From assembly GCA_003971905.1 (NCBI GenBank), contig RSEE01000013.1, positions 1-64,000 of the forward strand: a stretch of 64,000 nucleotides of DNA, in the 5' to 3' direction. The stretch comes from Moniliella sp. 'wahieum'. Lineage: Eukaryota. Of the stretch, positions 1 through 12,427 are shown piece after piece; the first letter of the stretch is position 1; every line of letters begins with the position of its first letter. A program made the position numbers and the translations under genes. Under the pieces are notes generated by a model. That model was not told the origin of the DNA, made no database searches, and saw only the letters and a list, made by a program, of their open reading frames with translations.

Positions 1-410
1 GTCTGGCCACCCTCAAAGGTGCCCAGCCGTGACGAAGGGTGACTGGGAAAAATTGGCCCGGACATTTATACCAAAGTGATTTCTGGCTATGCTGGTCGCG
101 CCGTATACGATAAGTTCTTTGGGCCAGCCCTCACTCTGCTTGTGGCGGACAAGATGCGTGACAACCGACATGCGTCTGACGGCGACCAAGTTGCGTGATC
201 TGGCTGAGAAAAAGCGCGGGCTGAGAAGGAGGCGAAAAAGACAGGTGGCCAAAAGAAACCTAAGCCCAAGAACCTGAGCACGGCGAGCGCCAAGGACGGA
301 TCGATATTACCAACTGTGTGTACTTTTGCTCTATTTCTGCGCAGGAAGGGATGGAGTGCTGACAATGGGCTGCCAGACGACGAGGGCTCTCGGACGACTC
401 GTTCATGTAA
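1..410 (+). CDS. HCR1: Translation initiation factor eIF3 subunit J, 3' part (truncated by window; frameshifted)
   Basis: Lys-rich EKARAEKEAKKTGGQKKPKPK, then DITNY|DE..SDDSFM* like the eIF3j C-terminal DDFM; intron 316-376 (GTGTGT...CTGAC...CAG); stop TAA 408-410. Confidence 0.75.
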
Positions 411-1168
411 ACAAAGACTGCATGTGCGGCATTTGTTGCAAACAACGTACTCATAATGATGGATGAATCAGGCTAAGCGGATAGAGAGGTGTGCCCAGCA
501 GCTCTCTTCCCACAGCATGTTACAACCGTTACGAATGGCGGCACCGTTCGTCATTTATAGCACGTGCAACTGAACAATTTGTTGGTCTGGATATCCAAGA
601 CTGGGATGGAGGTCGGACAGAAAAGTCATATGGGAGCAAATGCTAAGCGGGACGGACCTTCAAGCTTCCAAGGTGTGTCGGCCCGTGGATGGACCCGAAT
701 TGTGGGGCTGGCACAAGAATAAGTCAGACACGGGAGGAACTAGCTCTGGTTGGGTGTGCAGTGGCCAATGTGGGGTTCAATTCAATCTTGGTGCCAGTCT
801 CCAGCAGCCATTGTTGTTTAGCACCGGAGGGAAGGAGAGGAAGCGCAGGAGGATGCAAAGTATCAACAGCGTGCGGTGTACTGACTTGCCTAAGTACGGC
901 AGCTTGGCCTGGCAGCTTGACCAAACCACCATTGGAGGGTTCTTTTCGTGCCGAGTGCGAGCCTGTCCCGTGCTGCGCGCATGAGACCCTAGAAAAATGA
1001 TCGCGTTTGCCAACGTAGCCAATAGACACACGGCAACCGCACCGCCGCCGGCACCCATCTCGCCGAACATCATTGCCGGACGCAGTGGCGGGCGCGTCCC
1101 AATCTTTGTGGCAGCGGTGTACAAGCGTGGCCGAGGGGTGCCAGACCGAGAGCTGGGCAGTCTGGTAA

Positions 1169-1189
1169 GTTAAACGTTAAACGTTAAAC
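1169..1189. repeat. (GTTAAAC)x3 tandem heptamer upstream of RHO2
   Basis: Three exact copies read directly. Confidence 0.85.
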
Positions 1190-1541
1190 GCTCCCGAGGA
1201 CACTTGCGCTGCCATCCGGCTGGACCAGCCCGGAGCGCTGGAGCCACTAGCCACGGCTGCCACTTGCCGCTTGCCGCGACCCAGCCCAGCGCCGGAGACG
1301 CTGGCGCCCCGCCGGCGCGCCCTAACCAGTGATTTGCAACCCTACCCCTGCTGGTTTTTTTGGCACCGGCGTGCTTCTCTGCCCCCACTGGGTGCTACCA
1401 CGCCCACAGCCCCCGCCGCCCACCCCTGCCGCCCCTGAGGCCTCCATCCCCCCACTCGCACCCGCCCCACTGGGTCCCCCGCCCTCCCCCCACCTCCCCC
1501 CCTCCCACCTCGCCGCTCCCAAGGAGAGCCTGTCTCCTGCC

Positions 1542-2174
1542 ATGTCCCCCCCGCCCGCTGCCCTCCGCGCAAGCTGGTGATTGTTGGCGATGGTGCATGC
1601 GGCAAAACATCGCTGCTGTGTGTATTCGCTCTGGGCGAATTTCCCCACCAGTACCAGCCCACCATTTTCGAGAACTACGTTGCCGAGATTCGCCTCGACG
1701 GCAGGCCTGTCCTCCTCGCCCTGTGGGACACGGCTGGGCAAGAAGAATACGAGCGGCTGCGGCCGCTCAGCTACTCCCACGCGCACGTCATCCTCATTGC
1801 CTTTTCGGTGGACACTCCCGATAGTCTGGAGAACGTGCGCTACAAGTGGAACGATGAGGTGCGCCAGATTTGCGGGAGACATATCCCTGTCATCCTTGTG
1901 GATGCAAGCGCGATTTGCGAGACGCCTCCCCGACACCGGCCTCGTGCGTCAGTAAGAAACAGGGCAAGAGATGGCCAAGGATATCGGAGCTAAGGTCTAT
2001 CTAGAAACGTCGGCCCTCAATAACGATGGGGTTGATGCTGTGTTTGAGGCTGCCACGCGGGCCGCGATTCAGGTCAGGGATCAGATGTTGATCGTCCCGT
2101 CCTGACTACAGCTGCTGCAAGGGACAAGAGCTCCAAGGATGGCGTGGCGGGTGTTCCAAGTGCATCATCTTTGA
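1542..2174 (+). CDS. RHO2: Rho-family small GTPase, Rho2 type (several indels)
   Basis: [17 protein letters not shown]-loop, [17 protein letters not shown] effector loop, [33 protein letters not shown]-terminal KCII(L)* CAAX-like end. Confidence 0.93.
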
Positions 2175-3435
2175 CTCCGATCCTTATGTCTGACTTCCTT
2201 GATCCTTTTCTCCACACCTGTCGGTCTGCTGTTCCCCCCCTTGGGCACGCCTCTCGTGTGCCACCTCCGCCTCACTCTTATTACCTGCTTATTTGGTCAA
2301 GCTCTTTGAGGCCGCGTTTGCTTCGGCACTTTGCCTCGCATATCTGCGGAGTCGACTTCGCCTCAGCGTGAGCGCCATGGACATTCCCCTCGATTCTAGA
2401 TCCACACTTTGGCCGCCACCCCCCTTGACGGGGGTGATCCCCTTCCCCGATTTGTTCCTCTTTAACGCAACTCTTTGTCAGCGCGTGTCGTGATCTGTCT
2501 ATCCTTGACTACTGCTTACTCCAGTCGGATACGCACTTGACTGTGCCCCCACCCCCTCCCTTCCCCGTTGACTTGGCTCGCTCACATCCTCTCTTTCCCT
2601 ACTGTCTCGACGTATCCAACCGCACTCTGGCATCTCATTCACTTTTCGTCTTTGCCAATACCACGACTCGCACTGCTTCCCCACGCCCGTGTGTCCCCTT
2701 TGCAGCCATAGCATCTCAACTCCACCTGCGGTCCACCGGCGTGCAACCCCTGCCGTCCGCCATCGGACATCGGCAGTAGCCAATTTTCGTGCGATGAGTG
2801 TAACTGGTAGTGAGCCTTCCCGCACAAATGCGGTGCGAGAGCAAGCACCTACAGTGCAACTACTTCCCCTGCCCCTGAATACAGCTTTTGTTCGACTACC
2901 ACATCCGGCACCATGCCCCAACTCCACTGCAATCCATGTTCCCTTTGCCCCCACCCCCAACTTTGCCCCCGTCGTTCATCCTTTGTCTACCTCTTCAACG
3001 TGTATTTCCCCCTGGCTCTACACGGATCAGAGCAGGATGGAAATTGGTGTGGCTTGAACACACGTCGACCTTGGCCCCAATGTTGAGGTTGGCACACAAT
3101 GGGCAGCATACAACGCACTCAATGTGCATTCAACCGCTCCGAGAGATGGGCGCACAGTTGGACGTTGGTGGGAGTTGGAGAAATGTTGGGCGGAGGCGCA
3201 TGCGGGGGGCAGCTGGCCCTGCTGTCGTACCCAATCCCACCGAGCACCCCAACCCACAGCACCTGCAGCACCCTGCCCGGCGTCAGTACTCAGTACGTCT
3301 CTTGGGGAAATTCGCACACGCGTCATGGGTGACGGCGGAATGAACTTTTTAAATTTATAATTTTTCATTAATTTCATTCGTTCAAATTTCTGATAACTTA
3401 AATGTCACCCATCTGTTATCTATCACCACATCATC

Positions 3436-3470
3436 ATCACCGATGATTGTATCACCGATGATTGTATCAC
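3436..3470. repeat. Left subterminal tandem repeat (ATCACCGATGATTGT x2 plus partial) in an ATCAC-rich patch
   Basis: Exact copies at 3436-3450 and 3451-3465. Confidence 0.85.
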
Positions 3471-3546
3471 TGACCAGTGGATCACCGATTGCTTGCATCA
3501 CTATCAAATCACAGCCAAATCACAGGATCCAAAAGAGATTAGGGGT

Positions 3547-4318
3547 TCAAATAATGCATTTTTGAATCGAGCAGGCGCTCGCGCTTGCGCCAGAACGCCG
3601 CGGGGTAAATCCAGCGCACCTTGACGCGCTCGACGACGATGGGAAGGGGGAGGGGCAAGGAGCGCTGCAGGGGTTAGTGGTTGCCCCAGCCAAACGAAAA
3701 ACGAGAGCGAGCGAAACTTGGGCACGACATGAGGTGAAAACGTCGAAAGACTTCTGGGGCACAAGCGATGAAAGAGAGTTAGTACACGATGGACAACAGC
3801 AACAGGATGCCAAGAACGTACCAGTGTGCATGGCCAATGAAGCTGCAAGTGCACAGAGAGGGAAGACAAGTTAGCTGAAGAACAGGGGGTGCGAGGAATG
3901 GGGATGGTCCCGGCCATGATGTTAAGGATAGTCGTCAAGGTGTTGGTGACGCTCTTGAAGACGTTGGACGCGTCGGCAATGCTTGTGGGAGGTTGTTGGT
4001 AACACGCGTTGCCCAGGACGTGGTAGAAGCTCTTGATTCCCAATGAGAGTGGCGGTATGGATCCGAGAAGACGCTGGCCATGGGCTTGGAGATGCTCGCG
4101 GCGACATTGAGGATGATCTTGACCTTCGACGCGTCTCCCAACCTGGCAGAAGGGAAGGTAGACAGAGAGAGGGTGTCAGTCCTGGGCTCGAGGGGATGTG
4201 AGAGACCACAGGTGGGGGGTAGGGGAGGGCACGTATCCAGAGGAAGGTTGGTTGCTTGCTGGGAAGGATGGTGGTGGGAGGGGGAAGGAAGCGAACCTGG
4301 GAGGGCGGGCTTTTTATA
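3547..4318 (-). pseudogene. Spliced cargo gene remnant inside the TIR element, product unknown
   Basis: Minus-strand TATAAAAA at 4311-4318, pyrimidine-rich leader, four branch-point/acceptor pairs (acceptors near 4143, 3843, 3754, 3665), GTACGT donor at 3816-3821; peptide (M)GIKSFYHVLG...IADASNVF. Confidence 0.45.
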
Positions 4319-5910
4319 CCTACGCGTTTCCTAGGGGCATCCAGGCCGCCGATCCCTGCGGCGGAACCCTAGCGAGGGCCAGCAGCACGACACTGTCACA
4401 TTCCTCTGGCACTGAGGCAGTGTTACTTTCCGCCATGCTCGAGCGGAATGCCCAGGGCAGTGCCCTTTCGCGTCGCGTTCTGAAATGTTACACAGTGCTC
4501 TCGATGGTATCCGCACGCCATGCTCCAAAAGACGAAGTGGCATCCCTTTGAAGCGGCAACGCCTCCTTTCGCCCCAGTCTGGGGGCCTACTCTTCACAGC
4601 TGATCAACAACTACCCACAGCTTATGAAAAGAAGATGGTATCAGTCCCATAGCAACTCCGGTATAGAAGTACTGCTCTTTGCAGCAGCGTGTGTGTTGCG
4701 CATTCCACTTTTGGCACTATATTACAGGAAGAGCTATCGGCTATAGTTTTGCGCGGAATCAGTAACGTCGATGGTATTGAACAGGGAGCCTGCTATGGTG
4801 GTGTTGCATAGCCTCGATGAGCCAGAGAATTGGTTCGATGGAGCCGAACATCATGAGTCTTGGCCGTATGACCATAGTTGCTGTGGAAGGAAACACCATA
4901 GTGAAAGATATGGGATGGTTGGTATATATTTACAAGGGATACCGTAGTATTACTAAGACTCTCCTCCCTTTTTTGCTCTTCACTAAGAGCCATTATGGTG
5001 TGAAGGCCTCGTATTCTTCCCAATAATTAATGGAAAGTATGAATCAAACATCATATGGGGCAAGCGCCTGCCTCCCAAGATAACATTGACGTCCATGTCG
5101 ACCAATGCCCCTCCGCAATATATATGTGGTTGTGTAGAAAGCCTGAGCCCCCCGCCCTCCTGCACAAGAGTCTGTTTGTGCATAGTGTATGAAAGGTATC
5201 CATATGTTGTGAAGCACTGTGTGCATGTGCATGTTCCCAAACATGATCCACTGGGTCTCGAAAAATGCAAAAGATGCACGTTATTCATACTTCTTCACTT
5301 TGTTGGCCGTCTGCTTCCAACTGAACCCCAAGAACGAATGTTGATTGTCTCGTTCCCCGTAGTGATGATGAGCCTCGGGTACCTGGTTTAAAGATGCACC
5401 TGCCATTGGCAACACTCGCTATAGCTACTCACTCTGCACTTGCAATGACATGCATGACACGCCAGTCTCTGTACAACGTCTGTATATCATACACAGTTTG
5501 TGCTCTGGCACACGTTGATATCCCTTTTCTATAGCATACACATACGTCTCGCTAGTTTTGTATCAAATATCTTGCTTGTCGTAACAAACTACGAACAGTT
5601 GCCTCTAACATGGCCATGGTGTATATAGGAAACGGCATAGTGCAGGAGGAAGCGTAAACTTTGGCCGTAAGTTGGTGACCGACATGGTGGTGAGAAGGGG
5701 AAGAAGCGGCCGCTGGGAGTTAGGCAGCGTGCTCTGATGGGCGATTTGCAACTGGCCGATGTTGTCCTCGTCAGTTTGCTTATTGCATCGACTTGGCATT
5801 TGCGTCGGCTTGGATATAATTCTGTCTTGTGCATATTTGTTAGCCGTGTGTGTTTTGCGCACAAGTCCCAGTCCCACTCGGCGTAGGCACGCCGTCTGCA
5901 TCCAGTGCCA

Positions 5911-6190
5911 TCGACTTGGGTGTAGCACATGCCGGTATCGACTTGGGTGTATCTGCTCCACTTGTGCATATGTGCATGGGCACATCGCATAGACCTTGGC
6001 GCATTGCATGACTTGTGTGTTTTTGTGCGTACTGCATAGGCTTGCGCATATTGCACAGACTTGTGCATATCGCATCGACTTCGCGCACAGAGTCGCGCCC
6101 GCGATGCGCAGCAGCAGCACCGGGCGCATCACCCAAATGCTCACCGCATTCGCCAGGCCGCAGTTGCGCATCACCCAATGCTCACCGCAT
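5911..6190. repeat. Right subterminal direct repeats of the TIR element
   Basis: TCGACTTGGGTGTA at 5911-5924 and 5938-5951; GCGCATCACCCAA(A)TGCTCACCGCAT at 6124-6149 and 6166-6190. Confidence 0.85.
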
Positions 6191-6672
6191 GCAGCTGCCC
6201 ATCGTGTGTCTCAGATGCCCACGCGCGTACATATTTCGCACCGCCCTGCCCAGCTGAGACACCCCCTCCCAGTGGGCCACTGTCCAGCCTATCACATTCA
6301 GTTTAGACGGCGTGGTTGGTGGACCCTGGATTTGGGACACTGCCCCCGTGCCTACATGTCACCCGTCAAGCGTGAGCGAATTTCCCCAAGAGACGTACTC
6401 AGTATCAGTGCAAGCAGCCAGCCGCCAGCGCCCGCCGCCCATCAGATGATTTCAACTTTCACCATCCAAACAAACAGCGGGTGGCCGAAGTACTTTCAAC
6501 TTTCAAATGTCAGCCGATAATAAAGCACGGGCCAGTCAGTACTCAGTGCTAGCTAAGCGCGAAGCGCGCTAGCGCAGCCACGTTGGCCTCATCTTTCTGG
6601 CTGCCGCTAGTGTCGGCACCTTTTGGGCCCACCACCTTCCAGCCTCGGGCCTCTACTGTTATCACCCCCAAA

Positions 6673-8058
6673 ATGGCGGGAATCCGCATCGCTCGGCTGG
6701 TATTGTACCCGATCAAGTCCTGTGCGCCGATGGAAGTGGACGAGGTGACGGTCACGGACCATGGGCTTCTGCACGACCGTGCTTGGGGCGTATGCGACGC
6801 CGAGACCAAGACAATCCTAACTCAGAGGGACTTTCCCTCCATGGCGTTGATCAAGCCTCAGCTCCGGCTCGATACGGGCAAGCTGCAGATCACCATTCCT
6901 CCGCCTGTGGGCCAAGAAGGCGTGGGGCCGACGGTAGAGGAACTGCCTCTCGAAATGGGCGAAGGCAAGGGAGAAGTGGCCCTTGCAGGGCTGCAACTAT
7001 GGAACTCGGACAAACTAACCGGCTCCATCCTCAGTCCGTCCTTAGATGAAGCAGCAAGCAAGTTTTTGGGCCATCCGGTTCACATTGTCCGCTTTGTTGG
7101 TCCTCCACGCAATGTGGATGCCCTTGTTCCCGTCACGCCTAACCCGGGGCAAGACCCACGGGCCCATCTCAGTGCCCAAGCCAAGGCAGCCATTCGCCCC
7201 GACGTGGGGGGCAGGGACATATCCAAGGTTTTGTATCAGGACTGGTTTTCGCTGCACTTGTGCAGTATGGCATCCTTGCGCAACATCCAAGTGGCCCTGC
7301 TCAAGAGCGTGTACCCCAGTGAGAAGATCGACCCTGACATTCAAGAGCAAGCCGAGAGCACCAAATTTCCGCCCTTGGCCTACCCCATTGCCACAGAAAA
7401 GGTCGATAAAAGTCTATGGACTCGTACGTTGTCCGCGTGTGCATTTGATGACTGGAAGGATGCTAACCGGGACGCCAGCTGAGTACATCAAGTCCATGTC
7501 AATTCTGCGCTTCCGTCCCAACATTGTCCTTGATGGAGAAGCGCTGACGCCGTTTGAGGAGGATGAGTGGACCAAGTTGGAGGTGACTCATGCCAGCCAG
7601 GACGGGCATAGCCGACTGATGGAAATTGACATTCCGTTCCGCTGTGGTAGATGCCCGATCCCTACAATGGATCAAGACAAGGGCAAGAAGGATGCCTCGT
7701 TCCTTCCCAATCGGGTGCTGAACCGGTACCGCTTGGTGGACCCGCTGCAACGCTACAGCCCTGTGTTTGGCGTGTATGGCACGCCGATCGCATCCAGTGC
7801 GTCGTCGACCTTCTTGCTTCTGGGTGCCCACTGATTGCTAACCCGTTTTCTTACGCAGATGGCACCCTACTTGTTGGCGACACGGTCCGGGTGGTAAGCA
7901 CTGGCGAGCGACCGATGCTTACCAAGTGGGGGCACCTCGCCCCCTCCAAGGCAACGGGGGCTGAACTTTTGCCGGGCGTGCCCTGGGGCAACATTCTGTT
8001 CGTGCTGTTCACTGTTCTGACAGGCGTCGGACTTGGTTTATACGTGGCGCTCAACTAG
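6673..8058 (+). CDS. MOSC domain protein (mARC-like) with C-terminal hydrophobic anchor
   Basis: IARLVLYPIKSC...GLLHDRAW..ILTQRDFPSMALIKP (MOSC_N), RFRPNIVLDG..PFEEDEW, CGRCPIPTMD; introns 7424-7478 and about 7796-7858; C-terminal ILFVLFTVLTGVGLGLYV. Confidence 0.9.
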
Positions 8059-8191
8059 ACTCAAGGGTTAATGTAAGGAAGACGGATTGTAACGCTATCA
8101 ATGGTCAAGAGAAGACCAAGGGGGATGGGGAGAATATGGTAGAATTACAGTGCCACTGAGAAGGACTTGAGCCAAGTTGCAAGCTTCAGTC

Positions 8192-8787
8192 TCAGATGCC
8201 ATGCTTCTTCTCCATGACAGCGTGCATGTCAACACCTTCCCAGTTACCACGGACAGGGAGGTATTCTTGGGGGTCGAGTGCCTCGTCGGTACCGCGAAGA
8301 ATAGAGAGGTGCATGTCGGTCAAGCCGCCTCCAACAGTAGGGTAGTGAGGGTTCTGGTCCAACAAGGGCATGTCAGCGCATCAGAACTGGAAATAAGGAG
8401 GAGAGCTGTGACATACGTAAGAGACGATCTTACGCTCCATGAGCGTGTTGAGGGGCGAAGCAAGGCCGTGCAAGTTGCGCTGCATGTTGAGCTGCATCTT
8501 ATCGCGCGTCTCGTCCCAAGCCCCGAGGCGGTTCTCGAGCGGGTGCGATGCCCCGGCCCCGACGGCGCTGGACTGAGATTCAGCAGCAATGGAGCGAAGG
8601 CCATAGCGCATCGCGTCGTGTACGCCGGCGTACTGCGGGTGGGAGGTCTGGCCGACGCTGGCCGTCAGCTGGGCCTCGGCGGGCAGAGGCACCATGGCCA
8701 TGGGACGTTCGTCGGCGTGAGTGGAGGTCTGTGTAAGCGGATGAGGTCAGCAGCAGCAAGCGCCGGAGCGCAGTAAGGACGGACCAT
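8192..8787 (-). CDS. UMP1: Proteasome maturation factor Ump1/POMP
   Basis: VHDAMRYGL, HPLENRL..WDETRD..QRNLHGLASPL...MERKIV, MHLSILRG.DE, DMHAVMEKKHGI*; introns 8729-8784 (directly after ATG) and 8354-8416. Confidence 0.9.
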
Positions 8788-9071
8788 GGCAGGCACAGCA
8801 GGTGGTGGTGGTGGGGCTGTCCTGGCTGCTGCCGCCGGGGGTGCGTTGACCCACCCGTGTTCAACCCAGCAGGCGGCGTCAGCGCCTGCACCGACACTTA
8901 CGTCAGCGTCGCGGCGGCCCCCAGCGGAAACAGCGGAACGGCGCCCATCGTGGCGCGCCGAGCAGCAAGGCAGCATAATAGCCTGGATCGCATTCCGCCA
9001 GCCAGCCCAGCCGCACCAATAGTCAATCCCACTCATTAAACGTGTGGCTGCGCCCCCGCTTGGACTGGCCC

Positions 9072-12000
9072 ATGGACCCCGATGCGCTCTTCAGCTTCGA
9101 TGCGCCCGAGCCCAGCACAGGCAAGCGCCCCGCCAGCAGCCGTCCTGCCCAGCCGTCGCCGCCGGCCAAGCTGGCCAGGCGACGCAGCCCACACCAGACG
9201 CCCCAGTCCGAGCCCCAGCCCGAGCCCCCGGCCCCCGTCCTGCCCGTCGCCCGCTCCCGCCGCGCTGTCGACACCCCAAACGACGCCCCCGGCAATGCCC
9301 GCGTGGTGGTGACGGACGACTTTACTGCCGATTCCTCCCAGCACAGTGACGCGCCCCTGCCGCGTGTCTCCCCCCGGGCGGAGGACACGGGCACGGCCCC
9401 CGGCACAGCGTCTGCCACCCGCGCGGCTCGGCACCAAGCAGCCGTGCCAGCCGGTGTCACTTACCGCCCCTTGTCCCAGCACACACCCACCACCGTCAGC
9501 TAAAAGCTATCCATTCACCCTCGATCCCTTCCAGCAAACATCGATTGCGTGCATCGAGCGAAACGAATCGGTTCTTGTGTCTGCACACACATCGGCCGGC
9601 AAGACGGTGGTGGCAGAGTACGCGATTGCCCACTGCTTGCGGTCCAAGCAGAAGGTAATCTACACATCTCCCATCAAGGCTCTCTCCAACCAAAAGTACC
9701 GCGAGCTGTTGGCTGAGTTTGGCGATGTGGGCTTGATGACCGGCGACGTGACGATCAACCCGAGCTCCAGCTGTTTGGTCATGACCACTGAGGTGCGTCT
9801 CTCCTGTTCTCGCCCAATTGTATGAATGCGTGTTGGATCTGACCGCGTCATTTTTTGGTCCCCAGATCCTACGGTCGATGCTCTACCGTGGCTCGGAGGT
9901 GATGCGCGAGGTGGCCTGGGTCATCTTTGATGAGATCCACTACATGAAGGACAAAGAGCGTGGGGTGGTCTGGGAGGAAACTATCATTCTGCTTCCCCGA
10001 CAAGTGCGCCACGTCTTCTTGTCGGCGACCATCCCCAATGCGCTAGAGTTTGCTCAATGGATTGCCCAACTCCACCAACAAGTATGTCACGTGGTCGCCA
10101 CCAACTTCCGTCCTACGCCGCTACAGTACTACCTCTATCCCCGGTCGGCGGACGGCCTTCACCTTGTCCTCGACGAACAGGGGACATTTCACGATGCCAG
10201 CTTCCAGAAAGCCATGAATGCCCTGCGTGTCTCTTCGGGAGGGGACGACCGACGCAGACGGCGCCATGGAGGGCAGATCGACCAGGGCCCACCCGATGTA
10301 TACAAGTTGGTGAAGATGATCATGCTCAAAGGTTATGATCCGGTGATTGTATTTGCTTTTAGCCGACGCGAGTGCGAAGTGCTGGCGATGCAGATGAGCA
10401 AGCTTGACCTCAACACCGAAGAGGAAAAGGAGTTGTCGAGCACCGTCTTTTCCAATGCCGTCTCGCTCCTCCCTGCTGCTGATCAGGACTTGCCCCAGAT
10501 CAAGCATCTCCTCCCTCTCCTGCGACGCGGGATCGGAATTCACCATGGTGGGCTCTTGCCCTTGTTGAAAGAGGTGGTGGAGATCATGTTCCAAGAAGGG
10601 CTGATCAAGGCCCTCTTTGCCACCGAGACATTCTCCATTGGGCTGAACATGCCTGCCAAGACGGTAGTATTTACCAGCGTACGCAAGTGGGACGGCACCG
10701 TGTTCCGCAACCTATCGGCAGGCGAAGTTATCCAAATAGCTGGCCGCGCTGGCCGACGTGGGCTGGATGATCGTGGGGTGGTGATCATGATGTTGGACGA
10801 ACAGCTGAGTCCCAAGGAGACGATGCACATGATTTGCGGCCGGGCCGATCGATTGGACTCGGCGTTCCACCTAGGGTACAACATGGTGCTCAACTGATGC
10901 GTATTGAAGGCATTAGCCCCGAGGCGATACTAGAACTGTCCTTTTACCACTTTCAGCAGGCCGCTCGCCTGCCCCAACTCCAGCAGGACCGAAGGGATGC
11001 GCAAACAGCTATCAAAGCCATGCAAATCCCTCATGAGACGGTTCTTGCCGACCTGGATGCGGTCCAGCGGCAACTGGATGTATTGCAGGCTGATCGAGTT
11101 GCGGTTACAAGTCATCCGTCGTATGCGTTGCCCTTTCTCCAGACTGGAAGGTGGTGCGGGTACAGGTGGATGGCCTAGACTTTGGCTGGGGCGCGACGGT
11201 TGCCTTTCAGAAACGAAAGGCGCCTCGAAGGAAAGACAAGGCGGCCGCATTCGAACGGACGCAGTTGGAACCGCAGCATGCTGCTGAGGGATACATTGTC
11301 GATGTGCTCTTGCCCATCTCCGAGACCACACCAGTTGACTTGCAAGGAGATGATGAACCTGCTGTCCCGGTCCCGACCTCCAAGGTGTTGGCCATGCATC
11401 CCCTGCCCCCGGGAAGGGTGAGATGGTGGTCGTGCCGGTACTGCTGTCGTGTATCAAAGACATCTCACTTGTTCGTATTAGCCTTCCCCATGACATTCGC
11501 CCGCGCAGTACGCGACAGCAGCTCCGTGCAACTTTGGACCAGGTGGAGAGAGCGAGGGAGGAAGGGATCCCGCGTTTGGACCCTGTCAGCGATATGAAAA
11601 TTACCGACGATGCCTTTGCTCTATTGCTCCAGAAGATGGAGTTGCTGCGCAAGCGCAAGCACGACCTGAATCACAATCTGAACGCATTGGTCGCCAAGCA
11701 GGACGGATTTGCAAGCGAACGGGCCAGGAGGAAACAAGTAGCCCACCTCAAGGCATTGTACCGTGCCAAGCTGGCTGCGGAAGAACGCGTCGAGTCGCTT
11801 TCGGCCCAAGTGGCCATGGCACGCAACGTGCTGCAGCTGGACGAGTTGAAGGCACGCAAGCGTGTCCTACGCCGGCTGGGGTTCGTCTCCGAGGCTGGTA
11901 TCGTACTTCAAAAAGGTCGAGTGGCATGCGAGATCGTGGGTGGGGACGAGCTGTTGCTTACTCAGCTCATCTTTGAGGGTGGGTTTAAGGGGTTGGATCC

Positions 12001-12427
12001 CGGATTGTGTGCTGCGCTGGTTTCCAGCTTTGTGTTTGATGAAAAGAGCGAGACGGCGGTCAAGCTTCCCGAGGGTCTACGCGAGCCAGTCCGCGTCCTG
12101 ATCGATACCGCGCGACGGATTGCCCGGGTCGGCAGCGAAAGTCGGATGAAGATTGATGAGGAAGCGTATGTGCGCTCCATTGGTTTGGAGTTGGTACCCA
12201 GTGGTGTTGTGGTGCCAGGGTACTCCTTTACCGAATTGGTCAAGACAACAGATGTGTTTGAAGGCAGCTTGGTCCGTTCCTTTCGTCGTCTAGCAGAACT
12301 GCTGCGCCAACTCGCCGAAGCGGCGCAGACGGTGGGCAACGAAGAGCTTCACCACCTCTTTCAAGCCAGCCGGGAAAGTCTGGAACGGCCCAACAGCATC
12401 ATCTTCGCACCTTCCCTGTACCTGTAG
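9072..12427 (+). CDS. MTR4: Ski2-like DExH RNA helicase Mtr4/Dob1 (indels)
   Basis: [71 protein letters not shown] arch, KGRVACEI, C-terminal IIFAPSLYL*; intron about 9793-9864. Confidence 0.95.

Larger units (their letters stand above)
3294..6397. mobile_element. Non-autonomous or decayed TIR DNA transposon, 3104 bp, flanked by a CTCAG direct repeat
   Basis: TIRs 3294-3333 and 6358-6397, 36/40 identical with the first 22 bp perfect (TACGTCTCTTGGGGAAATTCGC); CTCAG at 3289-3293 and 6398-6402; subterminal repeats at both ends; no recognisable transposase. Confidence 0.85.

Noticed and set aside
2073..2111. Apparent 39-nt intron in RHO2 (GTCAGG...CTGACTACAG)
   Set aside because: Weak donor and very short; one indel gives a plausible continuous C-terminal tail
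3547..3600. Pheromone-like CAAX end (…QKCII*)
   Set aside because: Cys is at -3, not -4, and no short precursor ORF is evident
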